A stretch of 64,000 nucleotides of DNA from Alphaproteobacteria bacterium (GTDB lineage: Bacteria > Pseudomonadota > Alphaproteobacteria > SHVZ01). Positions within the stretch are counted from its first letter, which is position 1. Every line of letters starts with the position of its first letter. Made by a program: the position numbers and the translations under genes. The notes below the pieces were generated by a model. The model made no database searches. It had not been told where the DNA came from and saw nothing but the letters and a program-made list of their open reading frames with translations. Positions 19,169 through 29,021 of this stretch are shown here, piece after piece. The stretch lies in contig JBGALV010000003.1 of the NCBI GenBank assembly GCA_044223515.1, positions 37,821 to 101,820 of the forward strand. Direction: 5' to 3'.

Positions 19169-21004
19169 ATGGTGAATCTCCCGCGATCCGCGATGGGTGC
19201 GCACCTCGCCGCCTGCCGTGCCGCCATCGCGCATGCGCCGGCTGATGCCGCTACCCTGATCGCTCTCGGCTCGCGTCTGGCCGATGATGGAAATCCGGCG
19301 ACCGCCCGTCCCTGGATCGATCGGGCGACCGCCCTCTCCCCGGAACAAAGCTCCTTGCTGGAGGCCGCGGCCGCGGTGGCGCTCCGCACCGGCGATTTCG
19401 GCGCCGCGAGCCGCAGCCTGAGACGCGCCCTTACCGTCGATCCTCAGGACGCGAACCGGCACGCGGCGCTCGCCCGTACGCAACACGTCCAGGCCGCCGA
19501 ACCCGCGCATCGGCGCTCGATCGGACGTGCCGCCGTTCTTGCGCCCCATTCGGTCGAGGTGTGCCTGGTAGCGGCGTCGCTGCTGCGCGCGACCGGGCGT
19601 CTGGCCGAGGCCCGCGCTGCCGGGCGTCGCGCCGTAAGCCTGGCTCCGGGCGAACCAGGAGCCTTGGTCGAGACCGCCCGGGCCGAGCAGGCCTTGAGCT
19701 TCGCGCCGGCCGCTTCGGTTCTGGTCGAAAGGGCCCTCGCAGTCTCGCCCGGTCATACCGACTACGCGAACCTCGCCATCCTCATCTCGTCCTACACGGC
19801 GTCGACGTCCAGGCTTGCCGCCGCCATACGTCGACATGCGGGAACGCTGCGAGAGACCAAGGCACGGACCCCGTCCCTCCATGACCCGATGCCGGCCCGG
19901 CGCCTTCGCGTCGGCTATGTCTCGGCCGACCTTCACGATCACCCGGTCGGCCACAACCTAATCGGCCTGATCGAGGCCCATGACCGCGAACGGGTCGCAG
20001 TCCATTGCTATGCCGCCGTTGCCCGTCCCGATGCCCTCACCGATCGCTTCCGGAATGCCGCCTGCGTCTGGCGGAGCGTCACCGGCCTCAGTGATGCTGC
20101 GCTGTGCGACCTGATCGAGGCCGATCGGATCGACATCCTGGTTCATGTCGCAGCCCGCTTCTCCGGCAACCGTCCGGCCCTCGCATTCAGGCGCGCGGCA
20201 CCCGTGCAATTTGCGCTCTACGACCTTACCTCGGCCGGGACCGACAGCGTCGTCACCTTTGCCGATCGCGATCTGCATCCAGCTCGATCGCCCGAGTATT
20301 TCGCCGAACCGATCTTTCATCTCCCGACGCTCATCCTGTTTGCATCGCCTCCGCCCATTCCCTGCGCTCCGCCGCCGGTGCTTAAGAAAGGTTTCATCAC
20401 CTTCGGCTCGGCGAACAACCCCGCGAAGTGGTCCGATCAGACGCTCTCGCTCTGGGCATGCATCCTCGACCGGCTTCCCGATGCACGGCTGTGGCTCAAG
20501 TTCCACGCACGGACCGGCGACGCGCCGACGCGATCGGTGCTGCAGCAACGCCTGCACGCCCATGGCCTGCCTCTCGACCGTGTCGACTTCGCCTCGGGCG
20601 CCATCGCCAAGGACGAGCATCTCAGGGCGCTCGCCGGCGTCGACATCGCCCTCGATCCGCACCCGTTCGGCGGGGCGACGGCCAGTTTCGAAGCACTCTG
20701 GATGGGCATCCCCCTGGTCACCCTCGCGGCCGACCGGATGGTCGGCCGGACCAGCGCGATGCTTCTGCGTCATGCGGGAGCCACGGACCTGATCGCCCCG
20801 ACGCCCGCATCCTATGTCGAGACGGCCTGTCGGTTGGCAACCGACATCGGCCGCCTGCGAGAGTTGCGGCAGACCTTGCGCCCCCGACTTGCGGCTTCAC
20901 CGCTTCTGGACGTCGGAGGCTATGCCGTCGCCGTGGAGCGCGCCTATCGAGACGCCTGGACTTCCGCCTGCGAGCGGCACCATCTCCGCCAGACGTCGCG
21001 GTAG
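19169..21004 (+). CDS. TPR + GT41 glycosyltransferase
   Basis: GYVSADLHDHPV, FGSANNPAKW, EALWMGIP. Confidence 0.88.
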   Translation: MVNLPRSAMGAHLAACRAAIAHAPADAATLIALGSRLADDGNPATARPWIDRATALSPEQSSLLEAAAAVALRTGDFGAASRSLRRALTVDPQDANRHAALARTQHVQAAEPAHRRSIGRAAVLAPHSVEVCLVAASLLRATGRLAEARAAGRRAVSLAPGEPGALVETARAEQALSFAPAASVLVERALAVSPGHTDYANLAILISSYTASTSRLAAAIRRHAGTLRETKARTPSLHDPMPARRLRVGYVSADLHDHPVGHNLIGLIEAHDRERVAVHCYAAVARPDALTDRFRNAACVWRSVTGLSDAALCDLIEADRIDILVHVAARFSGNRPALAFRRAAPVQFALYDLTSAGTDSVVTFADRDLHPARSPEYFAEPIFHLPTLILFASPPPIPCAPPPVLKKGFITFGSANNPAKWSDQTLSLWACILDRLPDARLWLKFHARTGDAPTRSVLQQRLHAHGLPLDRVDFASGAIAKDEHLRALAGVDIALDPHPFGGATASFEALWMGIPLVTLAADRMVGRTSAMLLRHAGATDLIAPTPASYVETACRLATDIGRLRELRQTLRPRLAASPLLDVGGYAVAVERAYRDAWTSACERHHLRQTSR

Positions 21005-22632
21005 GCGGCTTCGAAATATCCCGCCTGGACCTTGCCGTCGCAGAGCGGAGACCGCCGCAGCCTTTCGCGAAGGTCGAGCCTCACCTTGGCGAGCGCGCCG
21101 AGGTCTCGCGTAACGGCGGCGGCTATGGTCCCGAATTCGGCCGGAGTCCGCGCAACATAGTTTCCGAGGCCGAGCCGATCCATGACCGCATAGCCGACAC
21201 GGCCAGCGAAGCGCTCGCCCAACAGCGTGATCACCGGAACACCCATCCACAGCGCCTCGAAACTAGACGTCCAACCGCCGAACGGGAAGGGATCCAAGGC
21301 GACGTCGATGTCGTTCCAGAGCGCGAGCTGCTCGGCACGCGAATGGTCGCCCCCACCGAACACGATGCGATCGCCGGTCACGCCCTCAGCCGCGAACATG
21401 CCGAGGACCCGACGCTGCACCGAGGCGTCGGCGTACCAGTCGACGTATTTCAGACCGATCCGCGAGCCTGGCACCGCGCGCATCGCATTTCCCCACGCGG
21501 CGATCGTGGTCGGGGTCAGCTTAGCCGGATTGCTGAAGGAGCCGAAGGTAATGCGGCCCGCATTCAGCGCGGGCGGCGGCTGGACCGGCGGCGCCAGGTC
21601 GTCGGGTGGCTGCAGGAAAAAGCACGGAAGGCGCAAGACGGTTTCAGTGAACCTCTCGCTCCAGCCTTCGCCGTCCGCCGGATGCAGCAGAGGGTCAGAG
21701 ATCCAGTAATCGACCACCTCGAGGCCGCTGGTCGACACGTCGTCCAGGCTCACCTGGATCGGGGCAGGCCGATGCGCGGTCACCAGCAGGCGGTTGTGCG
21801 CGCTGTGTCCGCCGACGACGACGAGTATGTCGACGCCATCGGCTCGGATCTGCTCGGCGAGCTCGGCATCTGAAAGTCCGGCGACCTGCCGCCACACGCT
21901 GCTGCCGCGACGGCAGCGCTCCGCCAGCTCGTCGGAGAACCGGATCGAGGCATACGCATTGACCTGTACGCGCCCAGGATCGTGGTTTTCGATCAGTTCG
22001 ACCAGGATCCGCCCAAGCGGATGATCGCGGAAGTCTTGGGAGAGGTACCCGACGACGATCCGCCGATCGGGATCGACCGGATTGGGGTGCTGCCGACCTG
22101 CCCGGTAATGCGGCCGGGCATAGACGTCCTCCCAACGGCGATACTCGGCGAACAGCGTCTCGCTCGAGACCTCGTCGTCATAGCTCATCGTGAAGATGAG
22201 GTTGCTGTGCAGCGGGCTCGACGGAGCGATCGCGATGGCCCGTCGGTAGCCGACGATCGACTCCTTGACGAAGCCGCCGGCTTTGAGAGCCTGCGCGGTG
22301 TTGTTGAGGGCCGTCTGATCGGCGGGAGACAGGGCCAGCGTCCGGCGGCCGATACGCACCGCCGGCTCGACAAGCCCATAGCGGGACAGCGTGCCGGCGA
22401 GATTGCCGAAGATCATGAGGTTGTAGGCGTCGCGCGCCAGCGCGCGGCCATAGGCCGTCGTCGCAGCCACGAGATCGAACCGTTGATCGGCGAGCACAGC
22501 CATCAGGTTCAGAATGGCCGGCTCTTGGGGAGACTCCGCCAGCGCGCGACGTGCCCACGCTTCGGCGCCGGCGATGTCGCCGTTGCGGTGATATCGCTCC
22601 GCCTCGAGAAAAGGATCGATCGCCGTGGTCAT
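20944..22632 (-). CDS. TPR + GT41 glycosyltransferase
   Basis: ATGA-coupled start at 22632 (MTTAIDPF); GYLSQDFRDHPL, FGSFSNPAKL, EALWMGVPV. Confidence 0.9.
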   Translation of the reverse strand: MTTAIDPFLEAERYHRNGDIAGAEAWARRALAESPQEPAILNLMAVLADQRFDLVAATTAYGRALARDAYNLMIFGNLAGTLSRYGLVEPAVRIGRRTLALSPADQTALNNTAQALKAGGFVKESIVGYRRAIAIAPSSPLHSNLIFTMSYDDEVSSETLFAEYRRWEDVYARPHYRAGRQHPNPVDPDRRIVVGYLSQDFRDHPLGRILVELIENHDPGRVQVNAYASIRFSDELAERCRRGSSVWRQVAGLSDAELAEQIRADGVDILVVVGGHSAHNRLLVTAHRPAPIQVSLDDVSTSGLEVVDYWISDPLLHPADGEGWSERFTETVLRLPCFFLQPPDDLAPPVQPPPALNAGRITFGSFSNPAKLTPTTIAAWGNAMRAVPGSRIGLKYVDWYADASVQRRVLGMFAAEGVTGDRIVFGGGDHSRAEQLALWNDIDVALDPFPFGGWTSSFEALWMGVPVITLLGERFAGRVGYAVMDRLGLGNYVARTPAEFGTIAAAVTRDLGALAKVRLDLRERLRRSPLCDGKVQAGYFEAAYRDVWRRWCRSQAEVQASR

Positions 22633-24173
22633 GGATTTGCGAACCCCGTCGTCCTTGCAGCAAATGCCTGCGTCACCTCCTCCGCAACGGAGGCCCAGTC
22701 GCCGGCACGCGGCTGCCGGAAAAGCCGCATCGTAGGATACCAGGGCGTGTCCTCGCGCTTCTGCAGCCATCGCCAGTCCGCCGCATGCGCGAGCATCGTC
22801 CAGACCGGCCGTCCGAGCGCGCCGGCAAGATGAGCCACCGCCGTATCGCAGGTGATCAGCAGGTCGAGCTCGGCGAGAAGATCGGCGGTATCCGCCATGT
22901 CGCGCTGCCACGGAGCCGCGTCCAGCATCGGCCAGCCTCCAGGGATCGGCTCGTCCGTTACCTTCATCGCGACGAACTGCACGCCACGAATCCCCCGGAG
23001 GCCATCGAGAACCTCGAGAGGAAACGAGCGTCTCCGGTCGTCCGTGTTCTCCGGATTGCCCTGCCAGCAGACGCCCACGTGCAGCGCCCGCCTCGGATCG
23101 AGCCGCTTCCGCCAGGCCAGCCGCCCGGAATCCTGCGGAGCGAGGTAGGGAACAGCCCCAGGAATGGTGTCCAGCGTCGTGCCGAAGCATCCCGGGAGGC
23201 TCATCAGCGGGCAGTTCCAGTCGTGACCCGGCTCGTTTCCGTCCGCGGCGACGACGTCCGCGACGCCAGGCAGCGTCTTCAAGAGACGAACGAGTCTCGC
23301 CTGGACCGCAAGCAACGTCCGGGCGCCGCGCGCCGCGACGAGCGGAGCATATCGGCAGAACTGGATCGTGTCCCCGAGCCCCTGCTCGGCGAACAGGAGC
23401 ACCGTCCTTCCCGTCGGATCCTCGCCGCGCCATCTGCGGGCGGCCGGATGAAGGTGCTTCCGCGCGCCGGGAACCGCGAAGCGAGTCTCCCAGTCGTCCC
23501 AGGCTTCCAGGAACTTGCCCGCGAGCATGCGTGCTATCGCGCGATTCCAGGTGGCCTCGGCGAAGCCGGGTCGGGTCGCGACCGCGCGCGTCGTCCAGGT
23601 GTCCGCCTCTGTCAGCCTGCCGCCGCGGATCGCGAGGATCGCGAAGTTATTGAGGCTCTCCGGCTGGGCCGGCAGGAGAACGAGCGCCTTCCGGCTTTCC
23701 GCCTCCGCCTCGCCGAGCCGCTCTTCGCGCCGGAACCAGATGCCGAGGTTGCCGCGTGCAATTCCGTTCTGAGGATCGATTGCAAGCGCGCGCCGGAGCC
23801 AGAACGCCTCGGCAGCGGGCGCGGCCTTCGCGACCGCCGTCGCGAGCGAGAGCAGATAGACGTCTTCGGCCGGCGCCAATGACAGGGTGCGCCGCAAGCA
23901 ACGTGCGGCTGCCTGCATCTCTTCGCGATCGATGAGGACGCCGGCAAGCGCCGCCAGGAGGAGGGGAGAGGCGGGAAGGACGGCGATGCTCCGGCCAAAC
24001 CAGCGGATCGCGTCGACCTTCGCACCCTGCTCGTTGAACGCGACACCGAAGAGATGCGTCGCCTGGCCGTCGGACGGCGTCATCGCCAAGTGCCTGCGGA
24101 CGAGCCGAAGCGCCGCAAGGCCATGGCCCTGACGCAGAGCTGCGATCGCGGCCTCGAGCGTCGGATCAAGCAA
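22629..24173 (-). CDS. TPR + GT9-like glycosyltransferase
   Basis: TPRs; EQGLGDTIQFCRY, DTAVAHLAGALG, DWRW...PWYP. Confidence 0.9.
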   Translation of the reverse strand: MLDPTLEAAIAALRQGHGLAALRLVRRHLAMTPSDGQATHLFGVAFNEQGAKVDAIRWFGRSIAVLPASPLLLAALAGVLIDREEMQAAARCLRRTLSLAPAEDVYLLSLATAVAKAAPAAEAFWLRRALAIDPQNGIARGNLGIWFRREERLGEAEAESRKALVLLPAQPESLNNFAILAIRGGRLTEADTWTTRAVATRPGFAEATWNRAIARMLAGKFLEAWDDWETRFAVPGARKHLHPAARRWRGEDPTGRTVLLFAEQGLGDTIQFCRYAPLVAARGARTLLAVQARLVRLLKTLPGVADVVAADGNEPGHDWNCPLMSLPGCFGTTLDTIPGAVPYLAPQDSGRLAWRKRLDPRRALHVGVCWQGNPENTDDRRRSFPLEVLDGLRGIRGVQFVAMKVTDEPIPGGWPMLDAAPWQRDMADTADLLAELDLLITCDTAVAHLAGALGRPVWTMLAHAADWRWLQKREDTPWYPTMRLFRQPRAGDWASVAEEVTQAFAARTTGFANP

Positions 24174-25725
24174 AGCGCGCTCGCAGATCGTCGGCGACCT
24201 TCCTCGTCACGTCGGCCCATGACTCGTCCGGCCCGCGGCGTACCAGCCGCGCGCCCGGATACCAGGGCGTATCCTCCCGGTCGCGCAGCCAGCGCCACGC
24301 GGGATTGGGGGCAAGCAGGATCCAGAGCGCCTGTCCCATCGCGCCGGCCAGATGTGCCACCGACGTCTCGACGGAGATCACCAGGTCGAGCTCGGAAATG
24401 GCGGCCGCGGTATCGGCGAAATCCCCGAACCGGTCCCCGACCGAGAGCAGGCCGGGTGCGGGGACGGGCTCCGGCGTCTTCTGCAGCGAGACGAAGGAGA
24501 GCCCTTCGACCGCCAGGATGGGCTGCAGGTCCGAAAGCCGGCACGAGCGCTTCTGATCGAAGCCGCTTCCCGGATTTCCCGCCCAGCACAGCCCGATGCG
24601 CGGCCTGCGGGAACCCGCCAGCCGCTGCGCCCATGCCGCCTTCAGCGCCGGCGGCGGCATGAGGTGGGGGGTTGGGGGCGGGATGGTCTCCACCGTCGTC
24701 GCGAAAAGTCCCGGCAGGCTTTCCATCGGCAGATACGCATCGTAGCCGGACCTGGCCGGCGGCACGGCGCCGCGCTCGATCACGTGGTCGATGCCGGGAT
24801 ATCCGTCGAGCAGACGGCGAAGGCCCGGCTTCACCTCGAGCGTCAGCCGGCCCACCCGCGCCCTCGCCAAAGGCACATAGCGGAGGAAGTTGAAGACGTC
24901 GCCATAGCCGATCTCGTCGTGGACGAGCAGGTGCCCGGGAAGCGCCCCGCCGTCCCAGCGGGGCAGGTCGAGGGTGTGGGGATACGCCTGCTGGACCAGG
25001 AAGCGGACGTCGAAATCCGCAAATCCCTTCCGCCAGTCGCCCTGCCCAAGGCGGGTCAGGCACCGGTTCCAACGGGCCTTGGGATGGTTGGGCTCGATGA
25101 CGACCGCCCGCACGGACGCGGAGACCGCCGCGTCCCGGTTGCCGCGCTCCTCGAAGATGCCGCCGATATTCAACCAACCTTCGAACATGGCCGGCGCAAG
25201 GACGACTGCGCGTCGTGCGCAGACCAGGCCATAGGGCCAGTCATCCTCTTCGACGGCGACCCGACCTCGGTTGATCCAGGCCGACGCCTGCTCGCGGTCG
25301 GCAGCCAGGACCGCCTCGAGGATGGTGCGTGCGCCGGCGAGTTCGCGCCGTTCGAGCAATACCGCCGCCAGACTGATGGCCAGTCCGAGATCCGCGGGAT
25401 CGATGGTCATCGCGCGCTGGAGGCTGCGGATCGCGGCCTCGGGGTCCCGCGATGCCCGCTCGACCCAGGCGGACGAGTAGGTCGGATCCAGCGTCAGTGC
25501 CCGCTTGAGCGCGCGACGCGCGCTGCCGTTCTCGGCGGTGGTCACCGCATAGGCGAACTGCACCGCTGAGTCCTCGACCGTCGCGGTAGCGCGTCCGAGC
25601 CAGAGGGCTGCGCTGTTTTCGCGGCGTCGGAAGACAGCAAGTCCGAGATCGACGAGATCCTGCGGCGACGAAGGGGAGTCGGCAAGCCGCCGCCTCAGGG
25701 CGGAGGAGCCGTCGGGTCCCGTCAT
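24166..25725 (-). CDS. TPR + GT9-like glycosyltransferase (variant motif)
   Basis: DEIGYGDVFNFLRY in place of EQGLGD; ETSVAHLAGAMG, WRW...PWYP. Confidence 0.88.
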   Translation of the reverse strand: MTGPDGSSALRRRLADSPSSPQDLVDLGLAVFRRRENSAALWLGRATATVEDSAVQFAYAVTTAENGSARRALKRALTLDPTYSSAWVERASRDPEAAIRSLQRAMTIDPADLGLAISLAAVLLERRELAGARTILEAVLAADREQASAWINRGRVAVEEDDWPYGLVCARRAVVLAPAMFEGWLNIGGIFEERGNRDAAVSASVRAVVIEPNHPKARWNRCLTRLGQGDWRKGFADFDVRFLVQQAYPHTLDLPRWDGGALPGHLLVHDEIGYGDVFNFLRYVPLARARVGRLTLEVKPGLRRLLDGYPGIDHVIERGAVPPARSGYDAYLPMESLPGLFATTVETIPPPTPHLMPPPALKAAWAQRLAGSRRPRIGLCWAGNPGSGFDQKRSCRLSDLQPILAVEGLSFVSLQKTPEPVPAPGLLSVGDRFGDFADTAAAISELDLVISVETSVAHLAGAMGQALWILLAPNPAWRWLRDREDTPWYPGARLVRRGPDESWADVTRKVADDLRARFA

Positions 25726-25785
25726 CGGTGCTGGAGTGCCGCGTGCATCGTCGCCGGCTCCGCTTCGTTCAGCGTAACCCCGACT

Positions 25786-28446
25786 CTATGCCTTGGAGGA
25801 ATGAATCGCGACCTCAGGCGCTGCCGGCGGATTGATCGCCTCGGGCCCGACGACGCGCCCGTGACATTCCTTGAAGCGCAATCCCGATCCACACGGGCAC
25901 ATCTGCATGCGCTTGACCCGAACCGGCTCGGGCGGGGGCGGCGCCGGACTTTTTACCGGGTCCGGGTTGGGAACGAGACGCGACAACGAGCGCGCGACGG
26001 TCTTCCCGACCTCCGCCAGCATCTCTTCAAAGAAGCTGTAGGCTTCCTTCCGGTACTCCTGCAGGGGCACCAGCAAGGCCGTCGACCTCAGGTTAACGCC
26101 GAAACGGAGATGCTCGAGGGACGCGATCTGTTGGAGCCAGCACTGGTCGAAGGCGTGCATGACCACGTAGCGTGTCACCCGAAGGCGTTCGCCCGGCTCG
26201 AAGGCCTCGAGCCGCTGGCGCCAGAGGTCGACCACGCAGACCTCGATCCTCTGCAGCATCTCCTCGTCGGCGATGCCTTCTTCGGCCGCCCAAGCCTCCA
26301 CCGGAAGGACCAGGTTGAAAAGGTCCAGCAGGTCGGCCTTGAGGCCGGCGAGATCCCATTGCTCGGCATAGGCGTCAGGCGGGATGCGGTGCGCGACCGT
26401 TGCCGACAGGATCTCGGTGCGCATGGCCGCGAGCCGATGGTCGAAGTCCTCTTCGGCGAGGATCTCGCGACGCAGGTTGTAGACGATCTTGCGTTGGTCG
26501 TTGGCGACGTCATCGAAGTCGAGGATGCGCATGCGGCTCTCGACCTGCATCTCCTCGACCGTGCCCTGGGCCTTGCGGATGGCACGCGTGAGCCAGGAGT
26601 GGAACATCGCGGCGCCCTGGTCGAGCCCGATCTTGTCGAGCCGCCGGCGCAGCCGGTCGGCACCGCCGAAGATGCGGATGAGTTCGTCGTCCAGGGACAG
26701 CATGAAGACCGTCTCGCCCGGATCCCCCTGGCGGCCGGCACGGCCGATGAGCTGGTCGTCGATGCGTCGGCAGTAGAAGCGCTCGGTCCCGATGATGAAC
26801 AGGCCGCCTGCCGTCCGTGCCGCCTCGCGGGCCTCGGCGACCTCGCGCGTGATCGTCTCCGTTACCCTGGCGATCTCCGCCGGGTCGCTCAGGCCGACGG
26901 TTGCCTGGGCAACCCGATGGGCAAGATTGCCGCCCAGCTGGATGTCGGTGCCGCGACCGGCCATGTTCGTCGCGACCGTCACCGCACCCGGGCGGCCCGC
27001 CTCGGCGATGATCTCGGCTTCGCGCTCGTGCTGCCGGGCGTTGAGCACCTCGTGGGCGATGCCGTGGCGCGAGAGCTCCGCCGAAATGGATTCCGACTGC
27101 CCGACCGAGGTCGTTCCGATCAGGATCGGCTGCCCGCGCGCGTGATGCTTCTTGGTGCGCTCGACGATCGCCGCGAGCTTCTCCACCGAGGAGCGATAGA
27201 CCTCGTCCTCGCCGTCGACCCGGATCATCGGTCGGTTGGTCGGGATATCGACCACCGACAGACCATAGATCTGCTGATACTCCTGAGCGTCCATCGACGC
27301 GGTGCCGGTCATGCCTCCGATGCGGCGGTAGAGGCGGAAGTAGTTCTGGTACGTCGTCTGCGCGACGGTCGTTCCCTGATTGCGCAGTGGCAGGCCTTCC
27401 TTGGCCTCTAGAGCCTCGTGCAGCCCGTCGCCGAGCCGCCGTCCCGAGAGCATGCGCCCGCGCAGCTCGTCGATGACGACTACGTCGCCGTCCTTGACGA
27501 TGTAGTCACGGTCGCGCTTGTAGAGATGGTGCGCGCTGAGCGCCTGGCTCACGATCTGGACGAGCCAGAGGTTCTGATGGTCGTATAGGTCGCCTTCCTT
27601 GATCAGGCCGGCACCCTTCAGCAGTTCCTCGATCCGATCGATGCCGTCCTCAGTCAGCTGCACCCGCCGTTGCTTCTCGTCGAGATCGATGTGGTCCGCG
27701 TCGAGTTCCTGGATCAGCCGATCTACCTCGTAGCAGGAGGACGAGGCCTCATGCGACGGCGTCATGATCTCGATCGGCATCCGCGCCTCGTCGATCAGGA
27801 CGGAGTCGACTTCGTCGATGATCACGTAGTCGAGGTCGCGTTGGACGATCTCGTCGAGGGAGTGCCGAAGATTGTCGCGCAGATAGTCGAAAGCAAATTC
27901 CGTATGGACGCCGTAGGTGATGTCGGCCTGGTAGGCACGCTTTCGGTCCCCCACTTCCATGGCGCCGGTCAGGCTCGCGACCTCGAGGCCGAGGAAGCGG
28001 TAGACAGCGCCCATCCACTCCGCGTCGCGTTTGGCTAGGTAGTCGTTGACGGTGACGACATGCACGCCGCGGCCGCCGAGCGCGTTGAGAAAGGCCGGCA
28101 TCGTCGCCGCCAGCGTCTTGCCCTCGCCGGTCTTCATCTCGACGACGAGGCCCTGGTGAAGCGCGATGCCGCCCATGATCTGGACGTCGAAGGGCCGCTG
28201 GCCGAGAACGCGCTTGGCCGTCTCGCGCACCGCGGCGAAAGCCGGAACGAGGAGATCGCTGAGCGGCGTTCCTGCCGTCGCCTGCCGCTTCAGGTCCCGG
28301 CCCCGCGCCTGCAGTTCCTCGTCGGAGAGCGCTGCGAACTCGGGTTCGCGCGCCGTGATCTCCCGGCAAAGGCGGGATATCTCCCGGCGGGAGGAAACGA
28401 TGGAGAGCCGGCGGATACCGTCACCGAGAACCTTAAGAGCTTTCAT
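25786..28446 (-). CDS. secA: Preprotein translocase SecA, divergent (accessory, SecA2-like) paralog
   Basis: EMKTGEGKT, VTVNDYLA, DEVDSVLIDEAR, TNMAGRGTDI, GRQGDPG and C-terminal CPCGSG...CH; several normally conserved residues are altered. Confidence 0.93.
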   Translation of the reverse strand: MKALKVLGDGIRRLSIVSSRREISRLCREITAREPEFAALSDEELQARGRDLKRQATAGTPLSDLLVPAFAAVRETAKRVLGQRPFDVQIMGGIALHQGLVVEMKTGEGKTLAATMPAFLNALGGRGVHVVTVNDYLAKRDAEWMGAVYRFLGLEVASLTGAMEVGDRKRAYQADITYGVHTEFAFDYLRDNLRHSLDEIVQRDLDYVIIDEVDSVLIDEARMPIEIMTPSHEASSSCYEVDRLIQELDADHIDLDEKQRRVQLTEDGIDRIEELLKGAGLIKEGDLYDHQNLWLVQIVSQALSAHHLYKRDRDYIVKDGDVVVIDELRGRMLSGRRLGDGLHEALEAKEGLPLRNQGTTVAQTTYQNYFRLYRRIGGMTGTASMDAQEYQQIYGLSVVDIPTNRPMIRVDGEDEVYRSSVEKLAAIVERTKKHHARGQPILIGTTSVGQSESISAELSRHGIAHEVLNARQHEREAEIIAEAGRPGAVTVATNMAGRGTDIQLGGNLAHRVAQATVGLSDPAEIARVTETITREVAEAREAARTAGGLFIIGTERFYCRRIDDQLIGRAGRQGDPGETVFMLSLDDELIRIFGGADRLRRRLDKIGLDQGAAMFHSWLTRAIRKAQGTVEEMQVESRMRILDFDDVANDQRKIVYNLRREILAEEDFDHRLAAMRTEILSATVAHRIPPDAYAEQWDLAGLKADLLDLFNLVLPVEAWAAEEGIADEEMLQRIEVCVVDLWRQRLEAFEPGERLRVTRYVVMHAFDQCWLQQIASLEHLRFGVNLRSTALLVPLQEYRKEAYSFFEEMLAEVGKTVARSLSRLVPNPDPVKSPAPPPPEPVRVKRMQMCPCGSGLRFKECHGRVVGPEAINPPAAPEVAIHSSKA

Positions 28447-28529
28447 GATCGACTCGACCTTTGCGACGCTTCACACGGCACGACCGGCGCCCGTCAGGGC
28501 GCATTTCGCTCGGGGGCCGTGGGGTAATA

Positions 28530-28925
28530 TCAGGCATTCACGATATCGCCGTAGTTCTTCTCTTCGAGAATGCTCGAACCGAGCCGATCGTCTATCCGCC
28601 GTTTGACTTCGGCGCGCTCCCGGTTGAGGTCGAACGCCCGCATGCAAAGCCGTGCGAGTGACTCGTCGTAGATGCCCTGCCGCCGACGCTCATAGACCTT
28701 ATCCGTCAGCACCCAGATCTCGTCATTGATCTGCTCAAGTTCAATGCAAAAACGATTCAGGTCTTCGTCAAGTCCTATGGTCCGCGCTTGAATCCTCAGC
28801 AAGCGCTCCAGCTCGGAAACGACGTTCGCCTGCTTCGCCGCATCGACCAGTCTTTGCTTCTTTATCTTCAGGATTACAATGCGATCTAGGAGTTCTCCCG
28901 GGGAGATCTCGATCTGAACTAGCAT
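28530..28925 (-). CDS. DUF6165-like small helical protein
   Basis: ISPGELLDRIVILKIK...N.ERA.VKR.I...GS.I.EEKNY signature; start ATG 28925; directly upstream of secA. Confidence 0.8.
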   Translation of the reverse strand: MLVQIEISPGELLDRIVILKIKKQRLVDAAKQANVVSELERLLRIQARTIGLDEDLNRFCIELEQINDEIWVLTDKVYERRRQGIYDESLARLCMRAFDLNRERAEVKRRIDDRLGSSILEEKNYGDIVNA

Positions 28926-29021
28926 TTCCGGCCCTCTGAATATGCCTGCTGGTACCACCTCCTCAACGGTATGTTCAAGAAGCGTTCACAGCCTTCCACG
29001 CGCACCGACGGACAATAATAG

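Noticed and set aside
25801-27411. 536-aa plus-strand ORF
   Set aside because: Antisense shadow of secA.
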